Part shown: piece by piece, positions 21,699 through 31,000 of the stretch | Layout of the letters: the number at the start of each line of letters is the position of its first letter | How positions within the stretch are numbered: the first letter of the stretch is position 1 | Origin: an uncultured Alphaproteobacteria bacterium | Lineage (GTDB): Bacteria; Pseudomonadota; Alphaproteobacteria; HIMB59; GCA-002718135 | Length of the DNA: 64,000 bases | NCBI GenBank assembly: GCA_902511405.1 | Contig: CABXEZ010000002.1 | Location: 22,304-86,303 of the forward strand | Reading direction: 5' to 3' | The notes under the pieces: model-generated | Seen by the model: only the letters and a program-made list of their open reading frames with translations | Database searches by the model: none | What the model was told of the DNA's origin: nothing | Translations under genes and position numbers: made by a program

Positions 21699-22280
21699 TT
21701 ATTTTTTATTAAGAAGTTTAATTAATAATTGTGCGTACTCTCTTGCATCATCTATTGCCTTGTGTGTATGCTTGGTATTATCATACAATTCCTTAGGATA
21801 ATTTTCTCTATTTATTTCTCTATAGTCCTTTTCGAGTACAGCTGCGGCATAGGATTTAATATCGAAGGCTGACTCCCCCTTGATATCAAAAAAAGGCATA
21901 GAGTAAGGAACTTTTTCTAAACGGTCAGCAAGAAAAGTTTGAATGTACCAATTGATCCACATAAAATCAAAAGGCGCAGGGTGAGCTGCCATAACTCTAG
22001 GTTTTGGTAATGTTAGAAGCCAGTTTCCAAATTTATTCATTCCTTCTTTTGGCGAAACTTGATTTTGTTTGCTAAGTTCCAATGCTTCTGGTGCGTGTGC
22101 TGCAAACCACTTCATTGTACTTGGGTGGGTTGTAGCGTTCTCTAATGGAAGAAAATTAATTTCAAAATCTCCAAGCTCTTCGCCTTCCCGATTAACAGCA
22201 ACAGCAGCTAAACTAATCATTGAATGAGGTCCTGGAATCGGACCGTCAGCCTCAATGTCACATACAACATAAGTTATCAT
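21699..22280 (-). CDS. DEDDh (DnaQ-like) 3'-5' exonuclease domain protein
   Basis: 193 aa with Exo I VVCDIEADG, Exo II ...HPAPFDFMWINWY... and Exo III ...HTHKAIDDAREYA... (H-x4-D). Visibly less AT-rich than its neighbours. Confidence 0.7.
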   Translation of the reverse strand: MITYVVCDIEADGPIPGPHSMISLAAVAVNREGEELGDFEINFLPLENATTHPSTMKWFAAHAPEALELSKQNQVSPKEGMNKFGNWLLTLPKPRVMAAHPAPFDFMWINWYIQTFLADRLEKVPYSMPFFDIKGESAFDIKSYAAAVLEKDYREINRENYPKELYDNTKHTHKAIDDAREYAQLLIKLLNKK

Positions 22281-22405
22281 AACAAACCTTTATCACCAAA
22301 ATGTATATAAGCTTAGATTTAAAAAATTAAAATAAAAGTGTTTTATGGAAACGTTACGTATAAGTTTTATAAATTCGTAACAACTTTAAAAAGTAGCATA
22401 GAATA

Positions 22406-22452
22406 TGGCGCACCCGAGAAGAGTCGAACTCCTAACCTCCAGATCCGTAGTC
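22406..22452 (-). repeat. copy of the tRNA-Arg 3' end (att-scar 4)
   Basis: TGGCGCACCCGAGAAGAGTCGAACTCCTAACCTCCAGATCCGTAGTC is 46 of 47 nt identical to 26565-26611. Confidence 0.9.
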
Positions 22453-22649
22453 CAATGCTCGAGCACCAGATTGCCTTCGAAGGTTATCCTCGTTACACGT
22501 TTTTTCTTTTCTTTCCCTGACTATTCTTCTTTCTTTTTCCATATTTAATTTAACATACTTTAATAAAAAAGAATCATTGAAAGAGACAAAAAAGAATCAC
22601 GCTTAAAAACGTTTAAATATCCAATGTTAATGGGACACGGATGTATGAA

Positions 22650-23165
22650 TTTTGAATCTTAAAAAATTGAGGAATAGATGAATTATTAAATCTATAAAAT
22701 TGATCATCTATATAATAAAATTGAGGTTTAACATTTCTTATTTCACATATAGTTTTTAATAAATTTCTAAATTTATTTTATAAATTTCTATGAATTACTA
22801 AATTTATTTCTTTTTAATGATTAAAAAAAATCCTTGGCAAGAAATAGATAAGATTTGAAAAATAATTATCTGCAGGCTACTTTCAAGAACATAACAATTA
22901 TCAAAATTTTTAAAAGATTTTTGGTTATTTTTTAAATTTTTAAAAATATTTCAGTATAAAAATGCTCAATAGAATTGTTGTCTTCTCTTTTAAAAAAATG
23001 ATGAAATATTTGATAATTCAAAGTTACTGGATAATAATTAAAGTAGTCTATATAAAAACTATTCTTTAAAATTTTACAATTTTGATTAATATCTGAAAAT
23101 GATGCTGATACAAAACTATTATATAAAATTGTATCTTTATTTAGATAATAATAAATAAGTTTTTA
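22650..23165 (-). pseudogene. degraded duplicate of the 5' half of the GT61 gene
   Basis: Nucleotide similarity by eye to 19140-19657. For example 22830-22880 ...AATCCTTGGCAAGAAATAGATAAGATTTGAAAAATAATTATCTGCAGG compares with 19310-19365 ...AATTCTTGGTAAAAAATGAATAAGATTTGAGAAATAATTATCTGAAGG. Translation keeps ...DINQNCKILKNSF... and ...IHRNL... but contains stops. Confidence 0.7.
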
Positions 23166-23243
23166 TTACAAAGATTACATTAAAGTAATTACATATAATT
23201 AATTAATAAGAAATAATTATATAATATAAAATTTAAATTTTGA

Positions 23244-24077
23244 CTATTTATGAGCAAATATATAATTTATAATATTTGGCAAACTTTGCTCAACAACCTT
23301 CTTTGATATTTCTTGATATCCATAATTACTTAAAAAAGAAATAATTTCTTTGTTTTGATCTTTACCAATATCAATCTCTATTAAAATATTTTTTATAGAT
23401 CTGTTTTTTAATAAGTTCTCCATTCCCATAATGACTTTAAATTCATTTCCATCAACATCAATTTTTACATAATCAGGCAAAAAATTAGCTTCAGTTGTTA
23501 AATCATCTAAACTGATTCCGTAACTACCTTGTTTATATTTTACTTTGTCATTATTTTGTTTGTTAAAATTATGACCAGATTTACCCCAATTTAATTCAGA
23601 TAACTCCAATTTTCCTATTTTTTTTTCACAGTCAATTGAGAAAGGAAATGCAGTAATATTTGAGTTAAAATTATTATCATTAATATTAATATTCAAAGCA
23701 GCAAAATTTAAACTTTCTGGCTCAATACTAAGAACATTATGATTTTTATTAGCAGCATATAGAGAGAAAATTCCAATGTTTGCACCAACATCTAAAAAAT
23801 TTGATTTAGGAGCAAAACTGTCTATCCATGAGATGGTGTCTGTTTCTTTAATAAAAAAAAATTTTCCTCGTGAGATTGAACTGTTACCTAAATCTCTTAA
23901 TGAAAATAACATCTCTGATTTTTTAATAACAAAAAACTTACGTTTATTAAAAACATCCATCATACTTCTATATTTTTTTGATTTTATAATTAATCGTCTA
24001 ATTATTGATAACCAATATAAAATATTATGAGCAGTTTGAATTTCAAAAAATCTATTAATGATTTTTTTTATGATCAT
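23244..24077 (-). CDS. FkbM-family SAM-dependent methyltransferase
   Basis: 277 aa. SAM motif I ...FLDVGANIGIFSLYAA... and the FkbM-type ...YVKIDVDGNEFKVIMG... motif. Confidence 0.75.
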   Translation of the reverse strand: MIIKKIINRFFEIQTAHNILYWLSIIRRLIIKSKKYRSMMDVFNKRKFFVIKKSEMLFSLRDLGNSSISRGKFFFIKETDTISWIDSFAPKSNFLDVGANIGIFSLYAANKNHNVLSIEPESLNFAALNININDNNFNSNITAFPFSIDCEKKIGKLELSELNWGKSGHNFNKQNNDKVKYKQGSYGISLDDLTTEANFLPDYVKIDVDGNEFKVIMGMENLLKNRSIKNILIEIDIGKDQNKEIISFLSNYGYQEISKKVVEQSLPNIINYIFAHK

Positions 24078-24279
24078 TAAAAAATAATATATTTTTTTTC
24101 ATCATTATAAATAATTATATTAACTCAATTGTAGATAAATTATTTAATTTGTTTGAATTGCATTTAATATTCTTCTTATATTAGGAATTTTCACTAACTT
24201 TCTGAAAGTAGGAAGCATCATATAAGCGTCAAAAGAAAAAATTTGAACTTGTCACAATCGCAAAAAATCAAGCGGTACT

Positions 24280-24327
24280 TGGCGCGCCCGAGAAGAGTCG
24301 AACTCCTAACCTCCAGATCCGTAGTCT
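24280..24327 (-). repeat. perfect copy of the tRNA-Arg 3' end (att-scar 5, most proximal)
   Basis: 48 of 48 nt identical to 26565-26612, from the CCA end through the anticodon. About 40 nt of the flank beyond the CCA end (AAATTTGAA(A)CTTGTC...) is also shared with the flank of the intact gene. Confidence 0.95.
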
Positions 24328-24450
24328 CTCACCCAAGCTCCAGATTGAAGTACATATACGGAATTACGGGAAAAATCATTTGTTAAATAAAAAAATTAAA
24401 TTTTTAAAGAGACAAATGAGAGACAATCCATTTTTTTTAAAATATTTCTA

Positions 24451-25725
24451 TTATGGACAATCTGACCATTTGTAACGGACTCCATATACAGAGAAGCCAC
24501 TTGTCTCCAAATTTTGTTCTGGTTTATTATCACAATATTGCATAATTTTTTGATAATCTTCAAGGTCTCGTACATCTTTCCAATCATCAAATACACAAGT
24601 TCCATCACTACAATTTATTGCATCATTTACTTCAGCCATAGCTTCTATAATTTCGTTAGATTGCTGCTCTAACTGATAATTATCATATTTCCCTGGTTCC
24701 CAACTATCCCAATCTACATGAGTTGCAAAGTTTGTTGCAAGTGACATATCAAATTTGCCAGAGGAAATCCAATTTGCTAAAGCTGATGCTTCCTCTGTAA
24801 TACTTGAGGCTGCCTCTGCTATTTCTGAAGTGGCTTCTGTAATCTCACTCACAACTTCATTTATACTTTCTGCTACTTGACTTACCTCTTCTGCTACTTG
24901 ACTAACTTCTTCTGCTACTTGACTTACCTCTTCTGCTACTTGACTGACTTCTTCTGTTACTTGTGATATCTCTTCTGTTACTTGACTAACTTCTTCTGTT
25001 ACTTGACTAACTTCTTCTGTTACTTGACTAACTTCAAGGATACTTTCATTAGAGGCGGCAAAATTGATAGAAGAATCAATATTTGTCTTAGGATTATTAT
25101 TTCTAGTAATACTAATATTCTTATCCGCACTAGTCATTAAAGTATCAACTTCAACATTTAATTCTGATGCCATATCTTTTTTAAATTTTTCAAAATCTTT
25201 AATTGCAAAAGCTTGATCAATTGTTTCAAATTTTTCTAATGTAGCTACAATTTCAAAAGAAGTTTGATTAATTCTTGTTATACTCTCTGAAAGTTCAACA
25301 GATTTTTCTAATTTTATCTGTTTTAAATCAGACATAGTTAATGTTAACAACTCTTGCTCTTCTGATGAGAATTGTTCCATATCAAGATCATCCATATTGT
25401 GAGAGATTTCTTTTGGCAAAGAACCTGCAATATTGCCAACCAAACTTTCAAAAATATTTAGCTGATCAAAAATTTCTATTTCTTCAAAATTTATATTCTC
25501 ATTACTCAAAGCGTTCATACTAAGATATAAAGTATTAATTGCTTCATCAAAATTTTTCTCTAAGTCAGAAGTCGCTTTAGGCAAATTATTAATATTTTTC
25601 TTTAACTCTTCATTTATTTCTATGAAGTCTTCTTTGAATTTTGGCAAATCATATTCTTCAGCGTAACAATAAATTGAGAGAAAAAATGCGCTAGTTAAAA
25701 ATATAAAAGATCTAAAAATTATCAT
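24451..25725 (-). CDS. secreted acidic repeat protein with cysteine-rich C-terminus (hypothetical)
   Basis: 424 aa. Signal peptide, eight VSQV[TA]EE heptads, then a C-terminal ...CSDGTCVFDDW...YCDN...WSDCP. Confidence 0.6.
   Translation of the reverse strand: MIIFRSFIFLTSAFFLSIYCYAEEYDLPKFKEDFIEINEELKKNINNLPKATSDLEKNFDEAINTLYLSMNALSNENINFEEIEIFDQLNIFESLVGNIAGSLPKEISHNMDDLDMEQFSSEEQELLTLTMSDLKQIKLEKSVELSESITRINQTSFEIVATLEKFETIDQAFAIKDFEKFKKDMASELNVEVDTLMTSADKNISITRNNNPKTNIDSSINFAASNESILEVSQVTEEVSQVTEEVSQVTEEISQVTEEVSQVAEEVSQVAEEVSQVAEEVSQVAESINEVVSEITEATSEIAEAASSITEEASALANWISSGKFDMSLATNFATHVDWDSWEPGKYDNYQLEQQSNEIIEAMAEVNDAINCSDGTCVFDDWKDVRDLEDYQKIMQYCDNKPEQNLETSGFSVYGVRYKWSDCP
24871..25038 (-). 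repeat. 8 x 21-bp in-frame tandem repeat (encodes VSQV[TA]EE heptads)
   Basis: TGCTACTTGACTTACCTCTTC and its variants occur head to tail eight times at exact 21-nt phase. Confidence 0.95.
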
Positions 25726-26458
25726 CTAAAATTTCTTTCTTTTTATTCTTATATTCATTTTCATCTATTAAATTTAGATCATATAATTTTTTTAAATCAG
25801 ATAATTGTTCAAAATATTTAGGATTTTTTTTCAAAATTTGATTGGTTTCTTTTTGATCATTTACTGATGAAGCATTATTTATATCACCCTCTGATAAAAC
25901 TGCTGGTTTATCTGAAATTAAGTTTTCTTCGTAAATATTTTCTTTATATTTTTTCTTTAATTTGCTTATTGAGCCCTTAAGATTATTAGCAACTTTTTGC
26001 CTTTCACTTATACTTTCATCTATCTCATTGATTTCAAGTTTTCCAAAGCCAAGCAATTTTGAAAAAAGGATAAATCTGTCAATACAATCTTGAGCAGAAG
26101 CATTTTCATCTAAACCTACACTTTTTCTCATTTGATTTCTTATATTAAAAAGATTTTCAACATCATCATCTTTTTTAGTTTCAGGACGTTTTACCATTTC
26201 ATTATACAAAATTTCTAACCAAGCCATTGCTAGCATTGCTTTATGAGGATATTTATCTAAAGAATGTTGTTTTTTTACAAATCTAAAAACTACCTCCTGT
26301 CCTGCTTTACGCTGTAAATTTACGAATTCTAAATTTCCAAAAATTGTAGGGTAATTAATCTCTTCATAGGTAGAATATTTGCTACTTAATTGCGCACTTA
26401 AATTAAAAGAGTAAAACATTAAAATAAAAATAAAAATAAAAATAAATTTAATTTTCAT
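25712..26458 (-). CDS. secreted hypothetical protein with SHOCT-like C-terminal motif
   Basis: 248 aa. Signal peptide MKIKFIFIFIFILMFYSFNLSAQ. The C-terminal ...LSDLKKLYDLNLIDENEYKNKKKEIL resembles the SHOCT short C-terminal domain. Confidence 0.55.
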   Translation of the reverse strand: MKIKFIFIFIFILMFYSFNLSAQLSSKYSTYEEINYPTIFGNLEFVNLQRKAGQEVVFRFVKKQHSLDKYPHKAMLAMAWLEILYNEMVKRPETKKDDDVENLFNIRNQMRKSVGLDENASAQDCIDRFILFSKLLGFGKLEINEIDESISERQKVANNLKGSISKLKKKYKENIYEENLISDKPAVLSEGDINNASSVNDQKETNQILKKNPKYFEQLSDLKKLYDLNLIDENEYKNKKKEILDDNF

Positions 26459-26564
26459 AATAAAAAAATATCATAATTTACTTAAAAATTTAATTTAAAA
26501 GCGACATTAAAGCGACAAATTAAAAATTTGAAACTTGTCCCATTTACTTTTTTGGCAGATTGTT

Positions 26565-26641
26565 TGGCGCGCCCGAGAAGAGTCGAACTCCTAACCTCCA
26601 GATCCGTAGTCTGGCGCTCTATCCAATTGAGCTACGGGCGC
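26565..26641 (-). tRNA. tRNA-Arg (anticodon ACG), CCA encoded
   Basis: The reverse complement GCGCCCGTAGCTCAATTGGATAGAGCGCCAGACTACGGATCTGGAGGTTAGGAGTTCGACTCTTCTCGGGCGCGCCA folds by hand into a 77-nt cloverleaf. It has a 7-bp acceptor stem, anticodon loop CUACGGA and a TTCGA T-loop. Confidence 0.93.
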
Positions 26642-26690
26642 TTCTTATTTTTCAACCCTTTATCAAGTTATCTATGAATATACAATATTC

Positions 26691-26712
26691 ATGGTACCAC
26701 CATGGTACCACC
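26691..26712. promoter_or_regulatory. two tandem copies of an 11-bp unit, each containing the 8-bp palindrome TGGTACCA (operator-like)
   Basis: ATGGTACCACC ATGGTACCACC. The palindromes sit at 26692-26699 and 26703-26710 with centres 11 bp apart. The site is 50-70 nt upstream of the tRNA-Arg 5' end, in the divergent intergenic region. Confidence 0.4.
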
Positions 26713-26823
26713 ATTTATTCATTTTAACATATTATAGGTTGTTTTACTCCTAATTAAACTAAACAATGTTTTAACTTAGTGTTATGATGGAAAATTGTAT
26801 TTTGAACTTTTAGTAACCATATA

Positions 26824-27939
26824 ATGAATATAAAATCTTTTAATGTTTTCTTTATTTTAATATTTTTGAACACAAGTTTGTTCTCAAAAGATTTATCTTT
26901 TGAAGAATTTAATGAGCTCAAAAAAGCGCTTAAAAATAATGATGTCACATTAGAACAATTTAATGAAACAATTGATGAGTTTGAAATTTCATCAGAAATT
27001 TTTAAAATTTCAAAAGATCTTTTCTTGAATAATGCAATAGAATTAGACGATTATTTAGTTGTTATTGAAAATTCTTTGGTATCTGGAAGCTCTTCTAATT
27101 CTAATAATAAAGAAAATGAAACTATTAATTTAAATGAAAATAGTAATAATATATTTGATGGTGAATTTTTGTTTCAAACAGAAGTTACAAAACTAAGTAA
27201 GTACATAACAGACATGAAATATGGCCAACTATTTGACAACAAAATAATATTTGAAAACAATAAAATAAAAAAAATAAATATTTCTGAAAATAATGAGGAT
27301 GTACTAAAGTTTAGAAAGCCAAAGTTGACCATTTTAGATAATGGAAAATTTTATATTAAATCCAATATTACTGATCCAAAAGACCCATCAGCACCTCTTA
27401 AATATAGGTTTGATGGTCAAATTGATAAAAATCTAATTAATGGAAAAATTCAAATAATTTATAATGGAAGTGAAATGCCTGGAATGGTCTTACTGGAGTT
27501 AGAGACTAAAGGAAAAGCAGTTTTAAATAATAATTCTGATAACATTATGACTGATTTTACAGACAATAAATTATCTTTAAAATTTAAAATTATTGAGGTG
27601 AACAATAGAGTTCCATCATCTCTTAATGCTAAAGTGAATAATATTGAAAACTTGACATTTGTCATAGAGGAAGATCAGGTTAAGGAAATACTTTTTGAAG
27701 AAAAATCAAATAATCTTTTTACTAAAAAAATAATAAAATCATTTAAAAATATAAAAATAAAATTAACCAATCAAACAACCTTAAAAGGGAAATCTAAATT
27801 AGTTCTTAATGAATTAAGAGGTGAAAATGTTGTCATTTGGTGGGATTTAAATTTATCCCAAAATAATCTATCTGGAAAAGTTGAAATAGAATTAGTCGGA
27901 AAAGGGCCACAGATTAGACTTATCCCAGTTAATGAATAA
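26824..27939 (+). CDS. secreted hypothetical protein (Asn/Lys-rich)
   Basis: 371 aa. Signal peptide MNIKSFNVFFILIFLNTSLFS. No recognisable domain. Confidence 0.55.
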   Translation: MNIKSFNVFFILIFLNTSLFSKDLSFEEFNELKKALKNNDVTLEQFNETIDEFEISSEIFKISKDLFLNNAIELDDYLVVIENSLVSGSSSNSNNKENETINLNENSNNIFDGEFLFQTEVTKLSKYITDMKYGQLFDNKIIFENNKIKKINISENNEDVLKFRKPKLTILDNGKFYIKSNITDPKDPSAPLKYRFDGQIDKNLINGKIQIIYNGSEMPGMVLLELETKGKAVLNNNSDNIMTDFTDNKLSLKFKIIEVNNRVPSSLNAKVNNIENLTFVIEEDQVKEILFEEKSNNLFTKKIIKSFKNIKIKLTNQTTLKGKSKLVLNELRGENVVIWWDLNLSQNNLSGKVEIELVGKGPQIRLIPVNE

Positions 27940-28024
27940 ATAATCATTTTATTTGTTGTTTTTTCTTATTTTTTTTAAGTTTAATGTATTTTATATTAAA
28001 GAACTTAATAATTACTAATTTTTA

Positions 28025-31000
28025 ATGAAACTAATTTTTAAAATATTATCACTAATCATTTCTATTGGAATTCTTTTATCAGGAAATGCAGCTTTTGCTG
28101 CTAAAGAAAACCCCTTACTCTTAGCAATGAAAATTGAATGTAGTGGAAATAATGCTGGTAGGAGTTCATGGAGTGATAATTTTTTTGGTTTTACAACTGA
28201 TCATACTTTTCATGGAAGTAGATGGTGGTATGAATCTGGGGATAGACTAGGGGAAATCGGACAACATACCTTTAATGGGTCAAGAACAAAAAAATCTCTT
28301 CTTATAGAAGGAGAAGGAAGATGGTTAGAAGATAATAGAAAAAAACCATGGAAACTTCAATTCATATCCAAAGGGGATAAGCCCATGTTAAAACATTTAG
28401 AAGATGGTGTTGGCGGATATGAGGGTTCTGGGCAAGATAAAAGAGATTGCACGATAACACTACTTAATAAAGTAAAAGCAAATGAAGCTATTCGGTTAGA
28501 TTCCTACACTAGAGTTATTTCAGGACTAAAAAATCGAATAGATAATTTAAATAAAAGAGAAAAAGATAAAGAAAACAATCAAGCAAATACCAATCAAGAC
28601 AGAGAAATTATATTGTTAAAAAATCGAATAGATAATTTAAAGTATGAATTGAAGAAACAGGATTCAAATACCAACCAAGATGTTGATGTAAGTCAATTAC
28701 AAAAAAATGAAGAAGAAATTCAAAACCTTACCAAGAAATATGAAAAAGAAATTACATTGTTAAAAAATGAAATTACCTCTCTTAAGGATGAAAACAAAAT
28801 TAGTGGTAAAAAAATTAAAGAATTAAATGATGAAGTAATTGCAACTAAAAACAATACTGAGTTTGAACTTAAATATGAAAAAATATTAAAACAAATTGAT
28901 GATGTTAAAATAAAATTAGAAAGTTCTAAGTCAGATAATACAAGTTTAGAAAAACAGTTATCATCTTTAAAAGACTCAGAAATTTCTCTAAATACCTCTT
29001 TAGATAATCAAAGCAAAGAAATTGTATCTCTAGAAAATTTAAATTTAGAATTAAAAAAAGAAATAGAAATATATAAGCAAAAAGAAGAAGAATTAATTCA
29101 AATCATAGAAACAACTGAAAATCAAAAATTACAAGAACAGCAACTTGCTGAGGAGAAAAGACAAGCTGAAGAAAGAAAAATTGAAGAAGAAAGAATAGCA
29201 AATGAAAAAAAATTAAAAGAACAACAAGAAGCAGAAAGATTAGCTCAAGAAGAAATTAATAAAAAATTATCTATACTTACACAGGAAACAGATTTAGAAA
29301 AAGCACAAAACTTTTTAACTAATCTTGAGAGCTTTGTTAAACAATATCCAAATGAATTTGATATCATCACAATATCGGAATATTTCATTGCCACTAGATC
29401 AATACTGGATGGAAATTTGAATTTTACCAATGAGACAAAATTAAAAGAATTTAGAGATTATGTAAGTGAAACGAGTGAACTTTATCTAAAATATAACAAA
29501 GAGATTTTTCAAAAAAATCAGACTGAAAGATTAAATACAATAAATCAAGCCATCTTGGGATTAGAAACAAGTATTAATGAGTTGAAATTAATAATGGTCA
29601 ATAATACGCAATCAGTCAATTTACAAAAATGGACAGATGCAATTAAAATTGCGGAAATTACTTTAAAAGAACTGAATGGTTATGATGAGCTCATAAATGC
29701 TAGCAAAAACATTAATGATCTTATTAAATTAAAGGCAGAAGTAGATGGGGCTATTGTTTTTTTAAATGAAACCAAAGATGAATTAAAAATTTATTTACAA
29801 GAAAATTTAACTACTGATTTAGCGCCATTAATTTTAGATCAAATTAAAATAATAGATGAATCCATTAAAAATGAAGATATTAGAGAAATTACAGATACGA
29901 CTGAAAAATCTAAAGAATTCATTTTAAAAAAAATTATTGAACCAAAAAAACTAAAAAAAGCTGAAGAGATTGAAAATGAAAGAAAAAAACTAGCTGAAGA
30001 ACAAAATAAGGAGTTTGAGGAAATATTTAATAAATACAACGCAAAAAATGATTATCAAAAGCAAATCGTAAAACTACTTTACTTTCTAGAAGTGCCATTT
30101 GAAAATATAGCTTTTTCTAACATGGACAACGTGATTTCAATTTCTGGAATTGGGGATGAGTCTATAAAATTAGATGAATTAAAAATTACTAAAATAAATA
30201 AAAAATACTTAAATGAGTGGTTTCAACTAAATGAAAAATATAAATTATTTTCAGATGTATCAAATTCAAATTTTGAAATACCAGAACTTAAGTATTTAGG
30301 AAAAATTGCTGATGATATTAAATTTAGTGGTTTAAACATTTACGATTTAATGGGTTATGCTGAGCTAAGGATAGAAGAGGTAGGAATAAAAAATCTTGAT
30401 TTTGAAAATTTTGGTAAAATTAAAAATATCTTAAGTACAAGTATAGGTAGAGGAGAAGAACATGAGGTTTTAAGTCTCATTTTAAGTGCTAAATTTGATA
30501 AAATTTATTTTAAAAATTCTACATTATCAGAGCCGGAGCCAGCCTCACTTAAATATTTTGAAATTACTAATTGGAATGAATTCTCATTTAAAAAAATTGA
30601 ATTTAAAGATTACAAGTTACAAGAAGAGTTCAATGAATTTCATTTAGAAAATTTTAAAATAAGTAACTTTGCTTTAGATAATAATTTTACCTACGACCTG
30701 CTTGGTTCTCCAGAATCTCAAGAATTGCTTTTAAATGGAGATTACTCAGAAATATTCAATTCATTTGTATCATTGGATAATCTAGAGATTAAAAACTTTT
30801 CAGCAAAAATAAATAATGAAGATGTATTTATTTTAGATAGTGCAAAAATTAATAATATAAAATTTGATTACTTTGGCGCTAACAACAATATCAAGGTTCC
30901 AACTAGTTTTAATTTTGAGATTAAAGGAGCTGATTTTAATTATAATCAAGTGCGTGAAATAAGTGGAGGATTAGCGCCCTTAGATGGTTTAATTGATGAA

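Noticed and set aside
22338-22520. 60-aa plus-strand ORF
   Set aside because: It reads straight across tRNA-Arg att scar 4 (…GAPEKSRTPNLQIRSP… is the translated tRNA fragment), so it is spurious.
24871-25038. Regular 21-bp repeats considered as a possible CRISPR or minisatellite
   Set aside because: The units are contiguous with no spacers and lie exactly in frame inside a long ORF (VSQV[TA]EE heptads). No cas genes are present. They are reported only as a coding tandem repeat.
28527-28641. Two copies of a 25-bp sequence (TAAAAAATCGAATAGATAATTTAAA) 90 bp apart
   Set aside because: This is an in-frame duplication encoding LKNRIDNL within the coiled-coil part of the 1168-aa protein. It is ordinary repeat evolution of a coiled coil.
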